A stretch of 64,000 nucleotides of DNA, from assembly GCA_951406725.2 (NCBI GenBank), contig OX597822.1, positions 79,298,001 to 79,362,000 of the forward strand, given 5' to 3'. Numbering within the stretch: the first letter of the stretch is position 1; each line of letters starts with the position of its first letter. This stretch comes from Octopus vulgaris (Eukaryota). Position numbers and translations under genes: made by a program. A model generated the notes under the pieces. That model was given only the letters and a program-made list of their open reading frames with translations. It was not told where the DNA came from and made no database searches. Shown in pieces: positions 40,780 through 54,136 of this stretch.

Positions 40780-41460
40780 GAATGTAGACATTGAAGTCAA
40801 GTTAGTTGAAAAGTCTTGTTGCATGCACGTGAAAAAAGGTTCATTTGTTTGAGAATATTAGTTTATCTTGAAAGATAGTCCCTGGCCGTATAAAAGACAT
40901 GGCTAATACTATTCAAGGATCCTTGAAACGATCATCATCAAAATGTACATAAGAGCGTTGTAGTTCACTTGAAGCATAGTAGTTCTGAAGAAGAGAAAGA
41001 AAAGGGAACGTTAGAACACTTCTGACAATGCGGCATGTTTTACAAAGTCCTTTATATTTTAGGCGCAAAGGCCCATCCTCAGAAGGAAATAGCCTGGGAA
41101 ATGTCCATTTACATAGTTTCTGTTACGCTACACAAACTCCTTGGCGTTAGGGTAACAACCTGTGTAACTGGGCATTTCCCAGACATATGATTATAGTAAA
41201 CTTTTACTTTACGAGAAATTTATTTTACTTCAAAATCAGTGCAAGAGACTGCCAGTTCCTTACTGCTCGGGAACTGAGTATACTCAGTTTTGTGCGTGTG
41301 CACTTGAAATATGGGAAGCGAGTTAGGTTGTTTTTGTTAGTAGGGAAGTTTCCGGAATTCTCCACATTTCATATGACATAGTACGCATAGTTTATTTTTA
41401 CTGCATTACAGAAAGAGGTTGTGAGAACTGATTTGCAAATGATTAGCATGCTCTCTCTCT

Positions 41461-41507
<47 letters not shown>

Positions 41508-42060
41508 AGTGCAAGTGAGGGTTAAGGGGGATGTTTTCTGGGGTTAAATCAGCAATAAGTGAATTCGATTTACACTAATATAGTTAAGAGACGGTGTCAT
41601 TTTTGCGATAAGATCTCAAAAAGAAAAAGAAAAAGCCATTTAGCTTTAGTCAAAAATTAGAAGAATTAGGAGAATTAGAAAACTGTTAGTTGGGTTTCTT
41701 TCTAATGCCTTCATTAGCTCATTTACCGACAAAATGTATGTGTTCATACTTTAAGAATGAACGATATGCTGAAAGTGGTAACGAATGCATTAACTTCTTT
41801 TCAGATACCTGACTGAACAGTAAAGAACATTTTAAAAAAGAAATTGAAGAATATAGTGATTTATAGTAGCATTGTGAACAACACAAAAAGAATAAAAACT
41901 AGAATCGATGGTGGAGAAATGATGCAGAAGAATTCCAATAAATTTGGATCAATTTCAAAAGAGATTCTGAGAATTACAAAATCGTTAGCACGACCTATGA
42001 ATACACGAAGCTCCTTTTGATGTGATGATGTAAGAACTTCAGTTCCCGATTCCTTGCAAT
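40780..42060 (+). pseudogene. Possible very decayed hAT transposase
   Basis: RWWRNDAEEF..SISKEILRI (41905-41990) resembles the hAT dimerisation motif WW....FP.L..LA..IL.IP. Confidence 0.3.
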
Positions 42061-42615
42061 TCATTGATTCATTTGCAATCAGATAATACTTTGATATCTA
42101 ACTTCAATAGATTACCTATTTTAAAATTTCAGAAATCTAATGTAGATATTGAGAAATTTCCAGTTTTGAGGAATCACTGATGTGAACAGTTTTTCTTATC
42201 GTTAAATTTAACCGTTAACCACTTGTATGCGAGATTTAACGATAATAGGATAATGATTTTGCAAACAACTAAGAACTGCTACATTATCAGATATATTCTA
42301 AAATTTCTGAGCTTTTCAAAGTTAAATAGAATCAAACATCTTAGGGTAACACGTTTCATTCAAATTAAAACATACTTGAGGCACTTCTGGTGCTTCTCGC
42401 TATTTAAAGTATTATAACTATCTGGTTAATTAATGTGTTATATTGTTTTGATTAATGTTGTTCAGCGTAGCCGCGTGCATACCAATGAATCTGTAAAATA
42501 AAAATTCCATTATTTTTCTTTGTACAAACGTATCCCCACAGGTTCTTACGCACTTGCAATTCGCCTCGGGCATTTTTTTGCCTATGGAGCCCATTGATTC
42601 CTATATTACTCTACT

Positions 42616-42847
42616 GGCGGCGAGCTGGCAGACACGTTAGCGCACCGGGCGGAATGCTTAGCGGTATTTCGTCTGTCGTTACGTTCTGAGTTCAAATTCC
42701 GCCGAGGTCGACTTTGCCTTTCATCCTTTCGGGGTCGATAAATAAAAGTACCAGTTTCGCACTGGGGTCGATGTAATCGACTTAATCCGTTTGTCTGTCC
42801 TTGTTTGTCCTCTCTATGTTTAGCCCCTTGTGGGCAATAAAGAAATA
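42616..42847 (+). mobile_element. Full-length young family-C SINE with 14-bp TSD, inside a hAT MITE remnant ending at 43040
   Basis: Starts GGCGGCGAGCTGGCAG, B-box GAGTTCAAATTCC, tail GTGGGCAATAAAGAAATA. TATATTACTCTACT at 42602-42615 and 42848-42861. The central domain resembles, from memory, the Deu/Nin-type SINE domain. Confidence 0.95.
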
Positions 42848-44069
42848 TATATTACTCTACTGGACCCTCATACCCATTCAATGTTTTTAAAAGTCCTATT
42901 ATATTTTTATAATTAAATATCATTAAGGGTTGTATTTAAAAAATTGTTGAAATATTTTGTACATTGTAGAAATATGCCCAATTCATTGCGCATAAATTTT
43001 AGCAACAAAATCTTATATGGACCCTGGTTGAGAACCACTGCATGAAACGAAGTTCCTCGCCACGGCTGTTCAGTCCCTCGTGGGCTCTTGGCAAAAATAG
43101 TGTCGTGTAGTGCTTCTGAGTAAGTGGTGTTAAGAGTAGACTAATGTTGTTTAGCTCCAAGTCAACCCCAGTCGAGCAAACCTATGGTCAAAAACAGAGC
43201 TAAATTCAGGCATAGAATAAACAAACTATCTTCGTGCGGCATATGGCCAGTAATTTTGAGGAGAGGAGGTAAGTTGATTATATTAACTCCAGTACTTGAC
43301 TGGTACTGTATTTTATCGATCCCGAAATGATGAAATCGGCTGGATTTGAACTCGAAATAATTAAAAAGAATATATGTTTTAAATTTTTATGGCATTATTT
43401 TGTTGTAGGTTTTAATGAGAGACCGAAGAGCTTTATATTCCTTGAGATCTCACCAAGTCTAAATCCAGCACACTTTAAAGGCGTTTCATCCGAGGTCATC
43501 CATTTTGTTTTCGGATACAATGTATCTAGCAACACATTACTCCCTATTTAAGATGAGAGATTTCTAGCTGGTCAAACTACAACGCAGAGATTTTTGGCGT
43601 ATTATATAGTGACACGATATGCAAGTGCAAGAATAAAGGAGATTGTAGCAACGCTGTTTATTTGTAATGATGCGGGAATGTGGTGTATTTTCGTATGTAG
43701 CTGTGACAGACCTAGGAGTGTTGCAATAGTATGAGTGATATGTAATTAAGTTTATCTCTTAATCTTCCCCGATCGAGCTGATCTGTGATCAAAGGAAGAT
43801 AAACTAATATTATGCCATCTTTTTTGTCTTCTCTCTGAGTAAACCTTGGACTACATATTCTACTGGCCTGGTTTTCATTGTTTTAAGCGATATGGTGTAG
43901 TTCGATAGGGTCTTGGCTGTTATTTCTCGCAGGTCGAACGAGTGAGTAGAAGCCCCCGTATTAGCTTGTATATTGTGATATTCTATATAGTGGTGTGTTC
44001 TGTGATCTATTGATTTGGCAAAGCATTTGGGGAAGTACAAAAGAAGAATTTCAAATGACGATCACATAA

Positions 44070-44470
44070 ACGCAAGCATGGCTATGAGCTTAAGAAGCTC
44101 GCTTTGTAATCATGTAGTTTCGTGTTCAGCTCCACATCTCGGCGCATTGGTCAAGTGTCCTCTATGATAGCCCCGGCTCGACCAGTGCCTTGTGAGTGAA
44201 TTTAGTACACGAAAACTGAGTGGAAGCTGGTCATGTATGTATGTGTGTGTATGTGTGCGCATGTCTTTGTGTTTGTCAAACCCACCGCTTGACAACCGGT
44301 GCTGGTTTGTTTATGTCTCCGTAACTTAGTGGTTCAGCATAAGAGACTGATAGAATATATATCAAATTTTTTTTTAAAAACCGTAAGTACTGGAATGATT
44401 TGTTCGACTAAAACCCTTCATAACTCTACCCCAGCATGACCGCAGCTCAATGACTGAAACAAGTAAAAGA
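44070..44470 (+). mobile_element. Diverged family-B SINE
   Basis: Head, CORE-like segment and tail CCCAGCATGACCGCAGCTCAATGACTGAAACAAG. Confidence 0.8.
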
Positions 44471-44812
44471 CAAAACGTGTAGACTACAAGACACGGATAA
44501 CGCATAACTTAACGAACACGGATATATGTGCATTACATTTTCTACGTCTTTAGTGTAAACTTGGCTTTTATTAATGATGTGATTTGAAATAGTTTGTGTC
44601 AGTGCATGAATTATATCAGCCCTGTACTCTGCTGTCATTGGAAGAACACATGCTGTTTAACTAATTTGAATTATAATACAACTTGACTGGAAGAGGTCTG
44701 AAATTCTGCTGATATGTACAAAATAAAAGAGAGCTTTTGATTATTAATTAATTAATTGTTATCTCAGCATATCAATTTCAGGACGATTTCCCTACTATTT
44801 CTAGCTAGTCGT

Positions 44813-46375
44813 TGTTGTATTCTTCAATAGATTTAAACGCAAGCACTGCATACTGGAGCTTCATTGAATCTCTTTCTCATTAATCTCCCTTCAAGATGGC
44901 CGCCACTGTTAAATCCAAGCACCTTTTATACCTTTTCTCTGTTGGAGAGCTACATAGAGAGATGGTTAATTAACACTGAAGTTCTTTCCCTTGCTTCCAT
45001 GTTCTTGTCGACACAACCTACTAGCTATTATTTAGTGTTTTCCATACACATAATTGTTAAACCCGAAGGGCAGTTGACGTCTCCGACTTCGATCTACGAA
45101 CTTCAGGATCAGCCGGTACTTTAGGTGTACTGGGAGAGACAACATAACACAGCGGAGAATCAGCAGTAATTGAAGCCTCGTCCGATTCAGGAACTCCACC
45201 TGGCAATTCAGGTGACTGAGAAACTTCAAGAACCTCAGTTGTAGTGACAATAAAAACATAGGTTACCAACACTTCAGTAACTGGGTCAGAAGCTTCATAA
45301 ATTGATCTACATGTTGTTCTAACATGTTTCCACATTCTCTTACTTCAAAATTTACTACTCTCAACTGACGGGTTATAGTACCTTCTACCAAACGTTCATC
45401 AGCACCAACATTTCTTACAGGAATACGATCATCCTTTCTAAATATACGCTTCAGATGTAATATCTTCATCCTTTGCGCCATATTGTTTTGACCCCGTAGG
45501 ACTGGACGACGAGTATCTGGTTTCAGTAGGTGAAAAGCGGTCGGTAAGTGAGGTTTGAACCACAATTCACTAGAAGCTCCATTTGTTAAATGTGGAGTAA
45601 TTCTGAAAGGGAACAAGAACTTGTTTCCCTTAGTTTCAAGTCTCTCTTTCCCGCCCATTCACATCTTCTTTATTACCTCTCTGAATGTATGAATAGCGTG
45701 CTCAGCTGGGCGTTTGAGGAGGATTAATGTAGAGCGATGACTACATGCTTTATTCCATTAAATACCCTAAACAATCTAAGCTCTTTACTAAAGAAACACG
45801 GACCATTATCACTTACTAATATTACAGGTAGACCATAAGGCGACGAGCTAGCGGAATCGTTAGCACGTCGGGTAAAATGCTTAGTGGCATCTAGTCTATA
45901 TTTATGTTCTGAGGTCGAATTCCGCTGAGGTCGATTTTCCTTTTGGAGTTGATAAAATAAATATCAGTTAAACACTGGGGGGGGGCAATGTAATCGACTT
46001 AGCCTTTTCCCCGGAATTACTGGCCTTGTGCCAAAATTTGAAACCATTATTACGGGCAGATCATGAGTGGCGAAGGTTCTTCTCAGTTGCCGCTGAATTC
46101 ATGGAACGACTTCCCACCAATTCCAGTACGCGTCAGCAACAGTTAAGAACATATGTCCCAGGAACGAACCTGTAAAGTGTTTTTGTATTCTTTCCCACGG
46201 CTGAGTTGGGTATGATATTCTCAGGGATGGATTGGAACATGTTTAGGATTGCTCTTACCACGAATGCATACGTCACAAGCCTTATATGTCATTTTAACCT
46301 CAGAATCCAAGTTTGGTCACCACACATGACATCCAGCAGAGCTTTCAAGCTTGCTGTTCCTACAACGCTAACAAT
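44813..46375 (-). pseudogene. Decayed Gypsy/Ty3 LTR-retrotransposon integrase and probable 3' LTR
   Basis: Minus fragments HVW*PNLDSEVKMTYKACDVC (zinc-binding), QPWERI, FTGSFLGHMFLTVADAY, GLPVILVSDNGP, GIKHV, FLFPFRITPHLTNG and VRRSK. The putative LTR ends ...TACAACA at ~44813. Confidence 0.85.
45839..46047 (+). mobile_element. Old family-C SINE inserted in the Gypsy integrase
   Basis: Flanked by a diverged 20-bp duplication, TATTACAGGTAGACCATAAG / TATTACGGGCAGATCATGAG. Confidence 0.85.
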
Positions 46376-46384
46376 CATTCAACT

Positions 46385-47500
46385 ATAGGCACAAGGGGAA
46401 GGGGGATCCTGACGATTACATCAGCACTAATATTTAGCTGGTATTATTTTATCGATCCGAAATGCTGAAAGGCAAAGTCGACGTCGGTGGTATCTGAATT
46501 CGGAACGTAAAAGAGCCGAAAGAAATGCTGCCAAGCATTTAGTCCGGTGTACTAAATATTTTGCCACAACACCGCCTTAATAATAAAAATTCTGTCAAAT
46601 TTTGGCACAAGGCCAGCAATTTTAGGTAAAGAGGTTTAGTCGATTACACTGACCCTAGTACTTGATTGGGCCCTTACTTTATCGACTGTAGAGGGTCAAG
46701 AAAAGCGAAGTCAATCCCAACGGGATTTAAACTCAGATCGTAAAGAACCGGAAGAAATGCTGCAAAGTAATTTTTCCGACGTCTAACGATTCTGCCACGT
46801 TGCCATGGTATATGAAGAGACATTTGTTGAAGCAGAACAAAGTGGAAAATTCTTATTGTTGTTTAGAGTCATGTCAAATGTCTAGGAGAGATATCAAAGG
46901 TGTCGACGATGGTGGTGGTGGTGGTGATGGTGGTGGTGAAGGCAGAGATGGAGTTGCTGGTGGTGATGCTTGAGTTGTTGTCGTTGTTGTTGGTGGTGGT
47001 GATAGATGTAGCGATAGAGATTGTAGTGATGGTAATAGTGACATGTTGGTATTTGTAATATGATAATTGTTTCAACTTTTTCCACCACGATGGCAGCAGT
47101 TTTGGTGGAGGGGATGAGTTAATTACAGCGACCCCAATGTTCAACTGGTACTTAATTTAGTGACCCCGAAAGGATGAAAGACAAAGTCGACCTCGGCGGA
47201 ATTTGAACTCAGAACGTAGCGATGGGCGAAATACCGCTAAGCATTTCTCCCGGCATGCTAACGTTTCTTATTTCTCTATTGCCCACAAGGGGCTAAACAT
47301 AGAGGGGACAAACAAGGACAGACAAAGGGATGAAGTCGATTACATAGACCCCAGTGCGTAACTGGTACTTAATTTATCGACCCCGAAAGGATGAAAGGCA
47401 AAGTCGACCGCTGCGGAATTTGAACTCAGAACGTAGCGACGGGCGAAATACCGCTAAGCATTTCGCCCGGCGTGCTAACGTTTTTGTCAGCTCGCCGCCT
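46385..47500 (-). mobile_element. Cluster of four family-C SINEs with an intervening (GGT/GAT)n tract
   Basis: Copies at ~46385-46580, 46600-46800, 47070-47268 and 47269-47500. Confidence 0.85.
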
Positions 47501-47508
47501 TATGCTTA

Positions 47509-47900
47509 TCTCTCTATATATAAAGCTGAAGTTGTCTGTGTATGGCAGGTTTGGTAGCCTTCAACTAACACTATCTCCTCCGAGACCCTGCGGCGCAAGT
47601 TGACCATAATTGAGAGTATGATAGAAGAAGGCTTGTTCTTCCTTCCGTAGAAGAAAAAATTCAAATCGGACCATGTTAACACCAAAAATTATTTGCATCA
47701 AAAAGGTGCTTTTTTTCTATGAAAATCCCTATTTTTTACGATCTTTTGACTGCTGTGTCGCCATTTTTCGGTGTATTTCAACCTGGAAAATATTCACTTA
47801 AAGAGAATAACAAGCTACATAATGCAAAGTTTTTATTTTTCAAAACTACCTATTCTAAAGGGTCGAAACATACCCGAGCAACGCCGGGCGATACTGCTAG
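47509..47900 (+). mobile_element. Complete non-autonomous Helitron
   Basis: A|TC 5' end, subterminal hairpin CCCGAGCAACGCCGGG (47873-47888), CTAG|T 3' end, no TSD. Confidence 0.85.
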
Positions 47901-48487
47901 TAATATGATAATGTTCCTAGTGATGATGACTGTTGTGATGGCGGCAGAGTTAGACGAGTGATAGTGGTGGGAGTCCATTCAGCCATCTTCGCCTACTATT
48001 CCTGGAAGGGTCGTCGGTGGTAAAGTCCTCGGGTATCTCCTCCATAAAGTCCTATCAGAAGCAACCTTCAATACGTTTTCTCCTCTGGATTCTCAAGCGT
48101 AACCAATGGAGGCTATGGCTATTATCCAAGCATCTCGTTCTTGGTCTACTCCCAAGTTTCCTTTTAGTTGGCTCGGCTTGAAGAATCTATCTTGTGATTC
48201 CTTCCTACGACATTCCATTCTCATGTCCGTATTACCGAGGCTGTGATCTCTCAATGCGGAGAAGTAAAGGCTCAACCTGGAGAGACTTCCTGATCATCGA
48301 GCTATGAATCCCGTGGGAGAGATAGTGATAAATACAGTCGAAAATCCTTTATCCGAAATTCCAAAATCCACAAGTTTTTTTACGAATTGCTAAGTTAAAT
48401 AGAAGTAAATCAATCAACTCCGGTCGTCAAGCGGTGCTTGTGTGGTACAAACGCAGATGTACAAGCATGTATACCATATATGTACCA

Positions 48488-48526
48488 CAGTCCGATGACG
48501 ACTAGCAGGCCGAAACTTTGTCACCA
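48488..48526 (+). ncRNA. Degenerate hammerhead-like motif
   Basis: CCGATGA-CGACTAGCAGGCC-GAAAC-TTT-GTC-AC. U4 is mutated and stems I and II are weak. Confidence 0.35.
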
Positions 48527-48565
48527 GTTTTCTTGTTCTTGTAAAAATATAATACATACATGCAC

Positions 48566-48875
48566 GTAGCTTAGTGGCTAGGGTATTCGGTTCATTATCA
48601 TAAGGTTATGAGTTCAATTCCTGGCGGCGCGTCATGTTCTTGAGCAAAGCACTTTCTTTTCGTTGCTCCACTCCACACAGCTGACAAAAATGAGTTGCAC
48701 GTGGATTTCAATGAGCCAGCCTTTTCACATCCTGTGCCTCACTGAATACTCCTGGGAACTACGTTAAGGGTACAAGTGTCTGTGGAGAGCTCAGCCGCTT
48801 GCACCACGAGAAAGCTATTCCGGATCAACTGGAAACTGTCGTCGTAATTGGAAACCTTGTCGGCGACGGAGTGCT
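48566..48875 (+). mobile_element. Diverged family-A-related SINE
   Basis: tRNA head. The 3' part GAACTACGTTAAGGG..GACGGAGTGC is shared with 329-675. Confidence 0.75.
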
Positions 48876-49174
48876 GTTACACACACATACATACATGCAC
48901 ACACATACATACACACACATACATAGACACACACACTCACATACATATACATACATGCATACATACATACATACATACATACATACATACATACATACAT
49001 ACTCATACATTTATGTAATATTTTGAACTAATGAGTATATATCAATTAGTGAGTTGAAGTGTTGACTAAAGCACTGGCAAGGTTTGGGCTACCTAATGTC
49101 ATCCGCAGCTGGGGTATATTTCCGTTGGATCTACTTCAGGAATTCCACAGTGTTAGCTGAGATAATAATTCCTA

Positions 49175-49488
49175 AAGTAACCAGAAGATGGAATTGCTAT
49201 TTTTATTTTTTACGACGATCGTTTCGACCCATCCTGCTACTATCCCTTATGAGTGCATCATGTTGTGTTGCATCCATTTTGCAGTCTGACAAACATGACC
49301 GCCCAAACTCAAGATCTTTTGTGAAACACCACTTTATGTATGGATGTACCTGAAGTGACCAGACTGCAAAACGGATGCAACATAACATGATGCACGGAGT
49401 GCCACCCATAAGGGACAATAGCCGGATAGGTTGAAACGATCGTCGTACAAAATAAAAACTAATACCATATCCATTTTCTGGTTACTTA
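49175..49488 (+). mobile_element. Penelope-like terminus with an inverted 5' copy
   Basis: Imperfect inverted arms 49175-49288 / 49360-49488. The right arm has a hammerhead-like motif and AATAAA. Confidence 0.6.
49345..49449 (+). ncRNA. Type I hammerhead-like motif with ~68-nt insertion in stem II
   Basis: TGTAC-CTGAAG-T-GACC..(68 nt)..GGTT-GAAA-CGATCG-TC-GTACA. A9 is missing in this copy. Confidence 0.55.
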
Positions 49489-49590
49489 ATTATTATTATT
49501 ATTATTATTATCATTATTACTACTACTACTACTACTACTACTATTAATATTATTATTATTATTATTATCATCATCATCATCATCATTAAA

Positions 49591-49788
49591 GGCGGCGAGC
49601 TGGCAGAATCGTTAGCGCGCCGGGCGAATTCGTCTGTCTTTGCGTTCTGAGTTCAAATTCTGCCGAGGTCGACTTTGTCTTTCATCCTTTCGGCGTCGAT
49701 TAAATAAGTACCAGTTACGCACTGGGGTCAATGTAGTCGACTTAATCCTTTCCCCTAAATTTGAGGCCTTGTGCTTCCAGTGGAAAGA

Positions 49789-49790
<2 letters not shown>
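49591..49790 (+). mobile_element. Family-C SINE between (ATT)n tracts
   Basis: GGCGGCGAGCTGGCAGAATCGTTAGC start, small internal deletion, (ATT)n tail. Confidence 0.9.
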
Positions 49791-49844
<54 letters not shown>

Positions 49845-49863
49845 AACACACACACACATATAT

Positions 49864-49905
<42 letters not shown>

Positions 49906-50214
49906 GTGTGTTGTGTGTGTTTGTATATCTGTAATTGTGTTTTTTCCTAACAAATTTCATTATAAACAATGTCGATGTCATCATCCAACATCGTCGTCTA
50001 CGTCATCGGCGTCGTCGCCGTCGTCACATACGTCGCCGTCGTCACATACGTCATCATCGTCGTAGTGGTGGCAGTTAACTAAAACAAAGCATTATCCTAT
50101 GTTTACTGTCTTCAACTCCTGTCCACTGATCGTTTCTCTAATTAATAAATATCACTAGTTGTCAATGCCAGACATCAGCTATTTCCTTCTCTTGCCAGCA
50201 ATATTTAATACCGA

Positions 50215-50271
50215 GCACCATCACCACTTCCAGCAGCGACATCATGAGTTTCACCACCACCGTCACCACCG

Positions 50272-50303
<32 letters not shown>

Positions 50304-50750
50304 ACCGCCGCCGCCACCGCGACCACCACCGCGACCACCACCGCCGCCGCGACCACCGTTGCCGCCGCCGCCACCACCACCACCACTATCTCCACCGCCA
50401 CGATCACCATCACCATCACCACCGTCAACACCACAAGGAATATCAATACCATCAGCGTCAACATCACAAATCTCTCAAGCAAACATCCTCGTTTCCCAGC
50501 TTCAGCATCTCCTCCTCTTCTTCATCATCATTATCATCACCATCATCGCCTTCATTATTATCATCATCGTCGTTGTCGATCTCGTCGTCATCGTCATCGT
50601 CGACGTCATCATTGCCATCATAGTCCTCGTCATCATCATCATCATCATCATCATTGTCACTGTCATCGTCGTCGTTGTCCTCCTCCTGCTCCTCCTTCTC
50701 CCATCATCATCATCATCATTATCATCATTATCACCACCACCACCACCACC

Positions 50751-50812
<62 letters not shown>
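50215..50812. repeat. Compound (CAC/CGC/CAT/CGT)n trinucleotide tract
   Basis: Direct inspection; open in many frames on both strands. Confidence 0.93.
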
Positions 50813-50814
<2 letters not shown>

Positions 50815-51644
50815 CAGGAGCAGCAGTAGCAGCATTTAATAACAAATTGCAAAGAAGCAACACCGCTGTGACAACAAATACAAACTAGCAAGTGTCTATA
50901 CGGTCGCCAGTGAAGGCTCGTGACATAGTGGTGAAGGCGCTGCATTCATGATCGCAAGATCGTGGTTTCGATTCCGGGGACTGGGCAGTACGTTGTATTC
51001 TTGGGCAAAACACCCCTTTTGACATGGTTCCAGTCCCCTTAGCTGTAACTCTGCGACGGACCGGCGTCCAATTTAATGGCTATTGTGAAACATGCCCTAA
51101 AAGTACGAGGATTGGCAATCCTTCGATATTAGTACATGACGTCATTCTCCTACACAACCTTCCCTCAAGACATAGATAAAGAGACCAAGCTGAAAAAGAA
51201 GGTAAATGACGTCATCTCCTCATACCAACACTATGTAGACCAATACCGAAGGAACGCCTTGGGACTTATGACGGTAGTTTTTAAGGGATTTACTTTATTT
51301 TTTTAACTATACAGTCACTAGGTTTGCCAATACCCCTGAAACCACACCCTACCGTCTTAAAAAGGCGAAGGCACATTAGAATATGGTGTACGAAACACAT
51401 TATGGTGGGGTGGAGATAAAAAAAGAGACGTGTCTTTCTTAAATCATAGATCTACCCAGCTAAGATTGACATGGGTTAATTGACAACGATGACATCAAAA
51501 AACACCAGCACCGTTGCCCCCGTCACTACCCCTGTTGTTATCAACAGCAGCAACAGCATAAACCGATGAATGAAGAAGTGTCTATGTTGTAACTTGGGCT
51601 GAAAAAGCAGCCAAATCTTATTCAAATCACCCTACGGTCTAGAC

Positions 51645-51863
51645 CAGTGGTTTTCAACCAGGGTTCCGCGGAACCTTAGGGTTCCGCCAGTACAGTCCAG
51701 GGGTTCCACAAGAAGTTACAAAAATGCTAAAATCGACAGTAATTTTTGATTCTCCTGTGCAGATATATGTGCATAAGACAATTAAATTATTGCACAGGGG
51801 TTCCTCGAGCCAGTGAAATGTTTTCTTGGGGTTCCGCTCCAGCAAAAAAGTTGAAAAGCACTG
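51645..51863. mobile_element. hAT (Charlie-type) MITE with perfect 8-bp TSD
   Basis: CAGTGGTTTTCAAC / GTTGAAAAGCACTG. GTCTAGAC at 51637-51644 and 51864-51871. Confidence 0.95.
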
Positions 51864-52083
51864 GTCTAGACAAACAAAAAAAAAACATGTTGGTCTTAAG
51901 TTCACAAGCACCACCACCACTACTGCCGTTGCCGCCGCCATCACCCTCATTATCACCACTAACTCATTATTTGATTGCTATGGCCATTTTGCAATCTCAG
52001 GTGTACTCTGAACAAGCAACCCTATGGTCAACGGCGTTGCAACTGTGATTGGCTATTTCATGTTTTTAGACGTACGTACTTAC

Positions 52084-52133
<50 letters not shown>

Positions 52134-52842
52134 CTATCAATCTATCTATCTATCTATGTATCTATCTATCTATCTGTCTGTCTGTCTATATATCTGTTTG
52201 TCTGTCTGTCTATATATCTGTCTGTCTTATTTAATATGTTCTATCTTCTACAATATCTTTAACAATTGACAGCCGATCAGTTTAATCTAACCTTTAACCT
52301 TCCTCTATAAGTCAGTGTTTGACCATTGTTTGCAGCAGTAGTTTCTGACTGTTGTCTGACATACTGATCAATAATTGATCTCTACTTCAGATATATTCTT
52401 CAAAAATGACCTTAATACTTTCTAGTGATAATATTATCGTCATTTTTATTACACGTAGCCTTGTTTATCACTAATTCATTCATCACTGATCCGGAGTAAC
52501 ACAGTTGTGTTAGTTGTGAACCAGGTTACTTTTATCATGAACTGATCTGAGATAACACGGGTTGGCGATCAGTTTAAGATTCCGTTTGTACAGTGGTTCC
52601 CAATCTGTGGTCTGCAAAGGTAGTTCTGGGGTCCGTGAACTAAATTCGAAATTTCATATATATATATGACCCTATCTTCGAAACGTTGAGTAGATAAAAC
52701 AGGGGACAACTGATGAAAGGTATGTTCTTTATGTTGCCTGTCTCGTTTCTCCATTTGTTTCTTTCGTTGTTCGAAAAAAGTTCATTTTCTATGATTTTGA
52801 TTTTTATGTTCTAGTTTCTCAATTTGTTTACGCGTTTTTGAA

Positions 52843-52906
<64 letters not shown>

Positions 52907-53248
52907 TATCATATACATATATATATATATGTATATACATATATATATACACACACACACACACACGCATTGAAAATCAGACAAGGTTGGAATTCTTTTT
53001 ATTAATATATTCTTCTATACACAATCACACACACCCATATATATATATATATATCTATATATATATATATATATATATACATATAGAAAAATGTCCATTT
53101 CTTTGGTTTTGTGTTTATGTTTTCGTTTCTCATTGTCTTCGACGCTTTTTTTTTTGTGTCCTGTACCCATATATGCATGTATATATACAGGTAGAGATAG
53201 GTACGTACATATATGTATGTATATATGCATATGTTTTATTTATAAATT

Positions 53249-53283
<35 letters not shown>

Positions 53284-53288
<5 letters not shown>

Positions 53289-53960
53289 TTAAAAGCAGCA
53301 GAAATATAACAAAAGCTGTTACTCAGAGTTTCACGTTCCCGTTCATCAGACAGTTTTGTTAAAATGGAACAGAAATAACGATTGGTCCTTTCAAATAACG
53401 GTCTTAAGCATGCAATGAAAAAAATATACAAAACAAATGAATTCAATATAAATTCATCCTATTATAAAAATCGAGGAAAAACCTTAATTCGAAGAGCGGA
53501 TTCAAAATACAGATGGCCAATAATTATATATGAAATATAATTCGATTAATGCAATTATGCAATTAATTTTTTAAAACAGTATATACGCATACTAAGCCAT
53601 CAATATACATATATACATCAAAATACACAGATGGGTATACGCAGACTACATATATATGCAAACATATATATGTAAGACGTAAATATACACACATATACAC
53701 ATATACATATGTATATATATGTACGCAATCTTGCCCGCATGCAAAAATCACTTGGTGTATACATATAGACGAGAAGTAAAACGCAGAGAGGGGGAAAGAA
53801 AGACAAAAGGGAAGGCTCTTATATGTAACAGTTAGCGAAGGGAAGAGGCGCGCAAATTTAAAGGACTCTATACAAGTAACGGATAGGGGAAGAAAAAATA
53901 CATTTCCGTAACGGAGGAAAGCAAGATAGAAAGATACGAGGTTGAATATGCGTAACAAAC
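53284..53960 (-). mobile_element. Penelope-like 3' fragment in (TA)n
   Basis: Carries a hammerhead followed by AATAAA. Homologous over ~600 bp to 58318-58940. Confidence 0.7.
53308..53360 (-). ncRNA. Type I hammerhead ribozyme, intact core
   Basis: AACAAAACTGT-CTGATGA-ACG-GGAA-CGT-GAAA-CTCTGAG-TA-ACAGCTTTTGTT. GUA site; near-palindromic stem III. Confidence 0.85.
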
Positions 53961-54029
53961 GTATACAAAATAAAATTACGTATACATGTGTATATAAAAA
54001 TGTATATTAGCAATAAATACACATATAAG

Positions 54030-54135
<106 letters not shown>

Positions 54136-54136
54136 G

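Noticed and set aside
50159-50945. His/Thr/Pro/Asp-rich ORFs that look like low-complexity structural proteins
   Set aside because: Trinucleotide repeat tract open in nearly all frames, with no splice or domain evidence.
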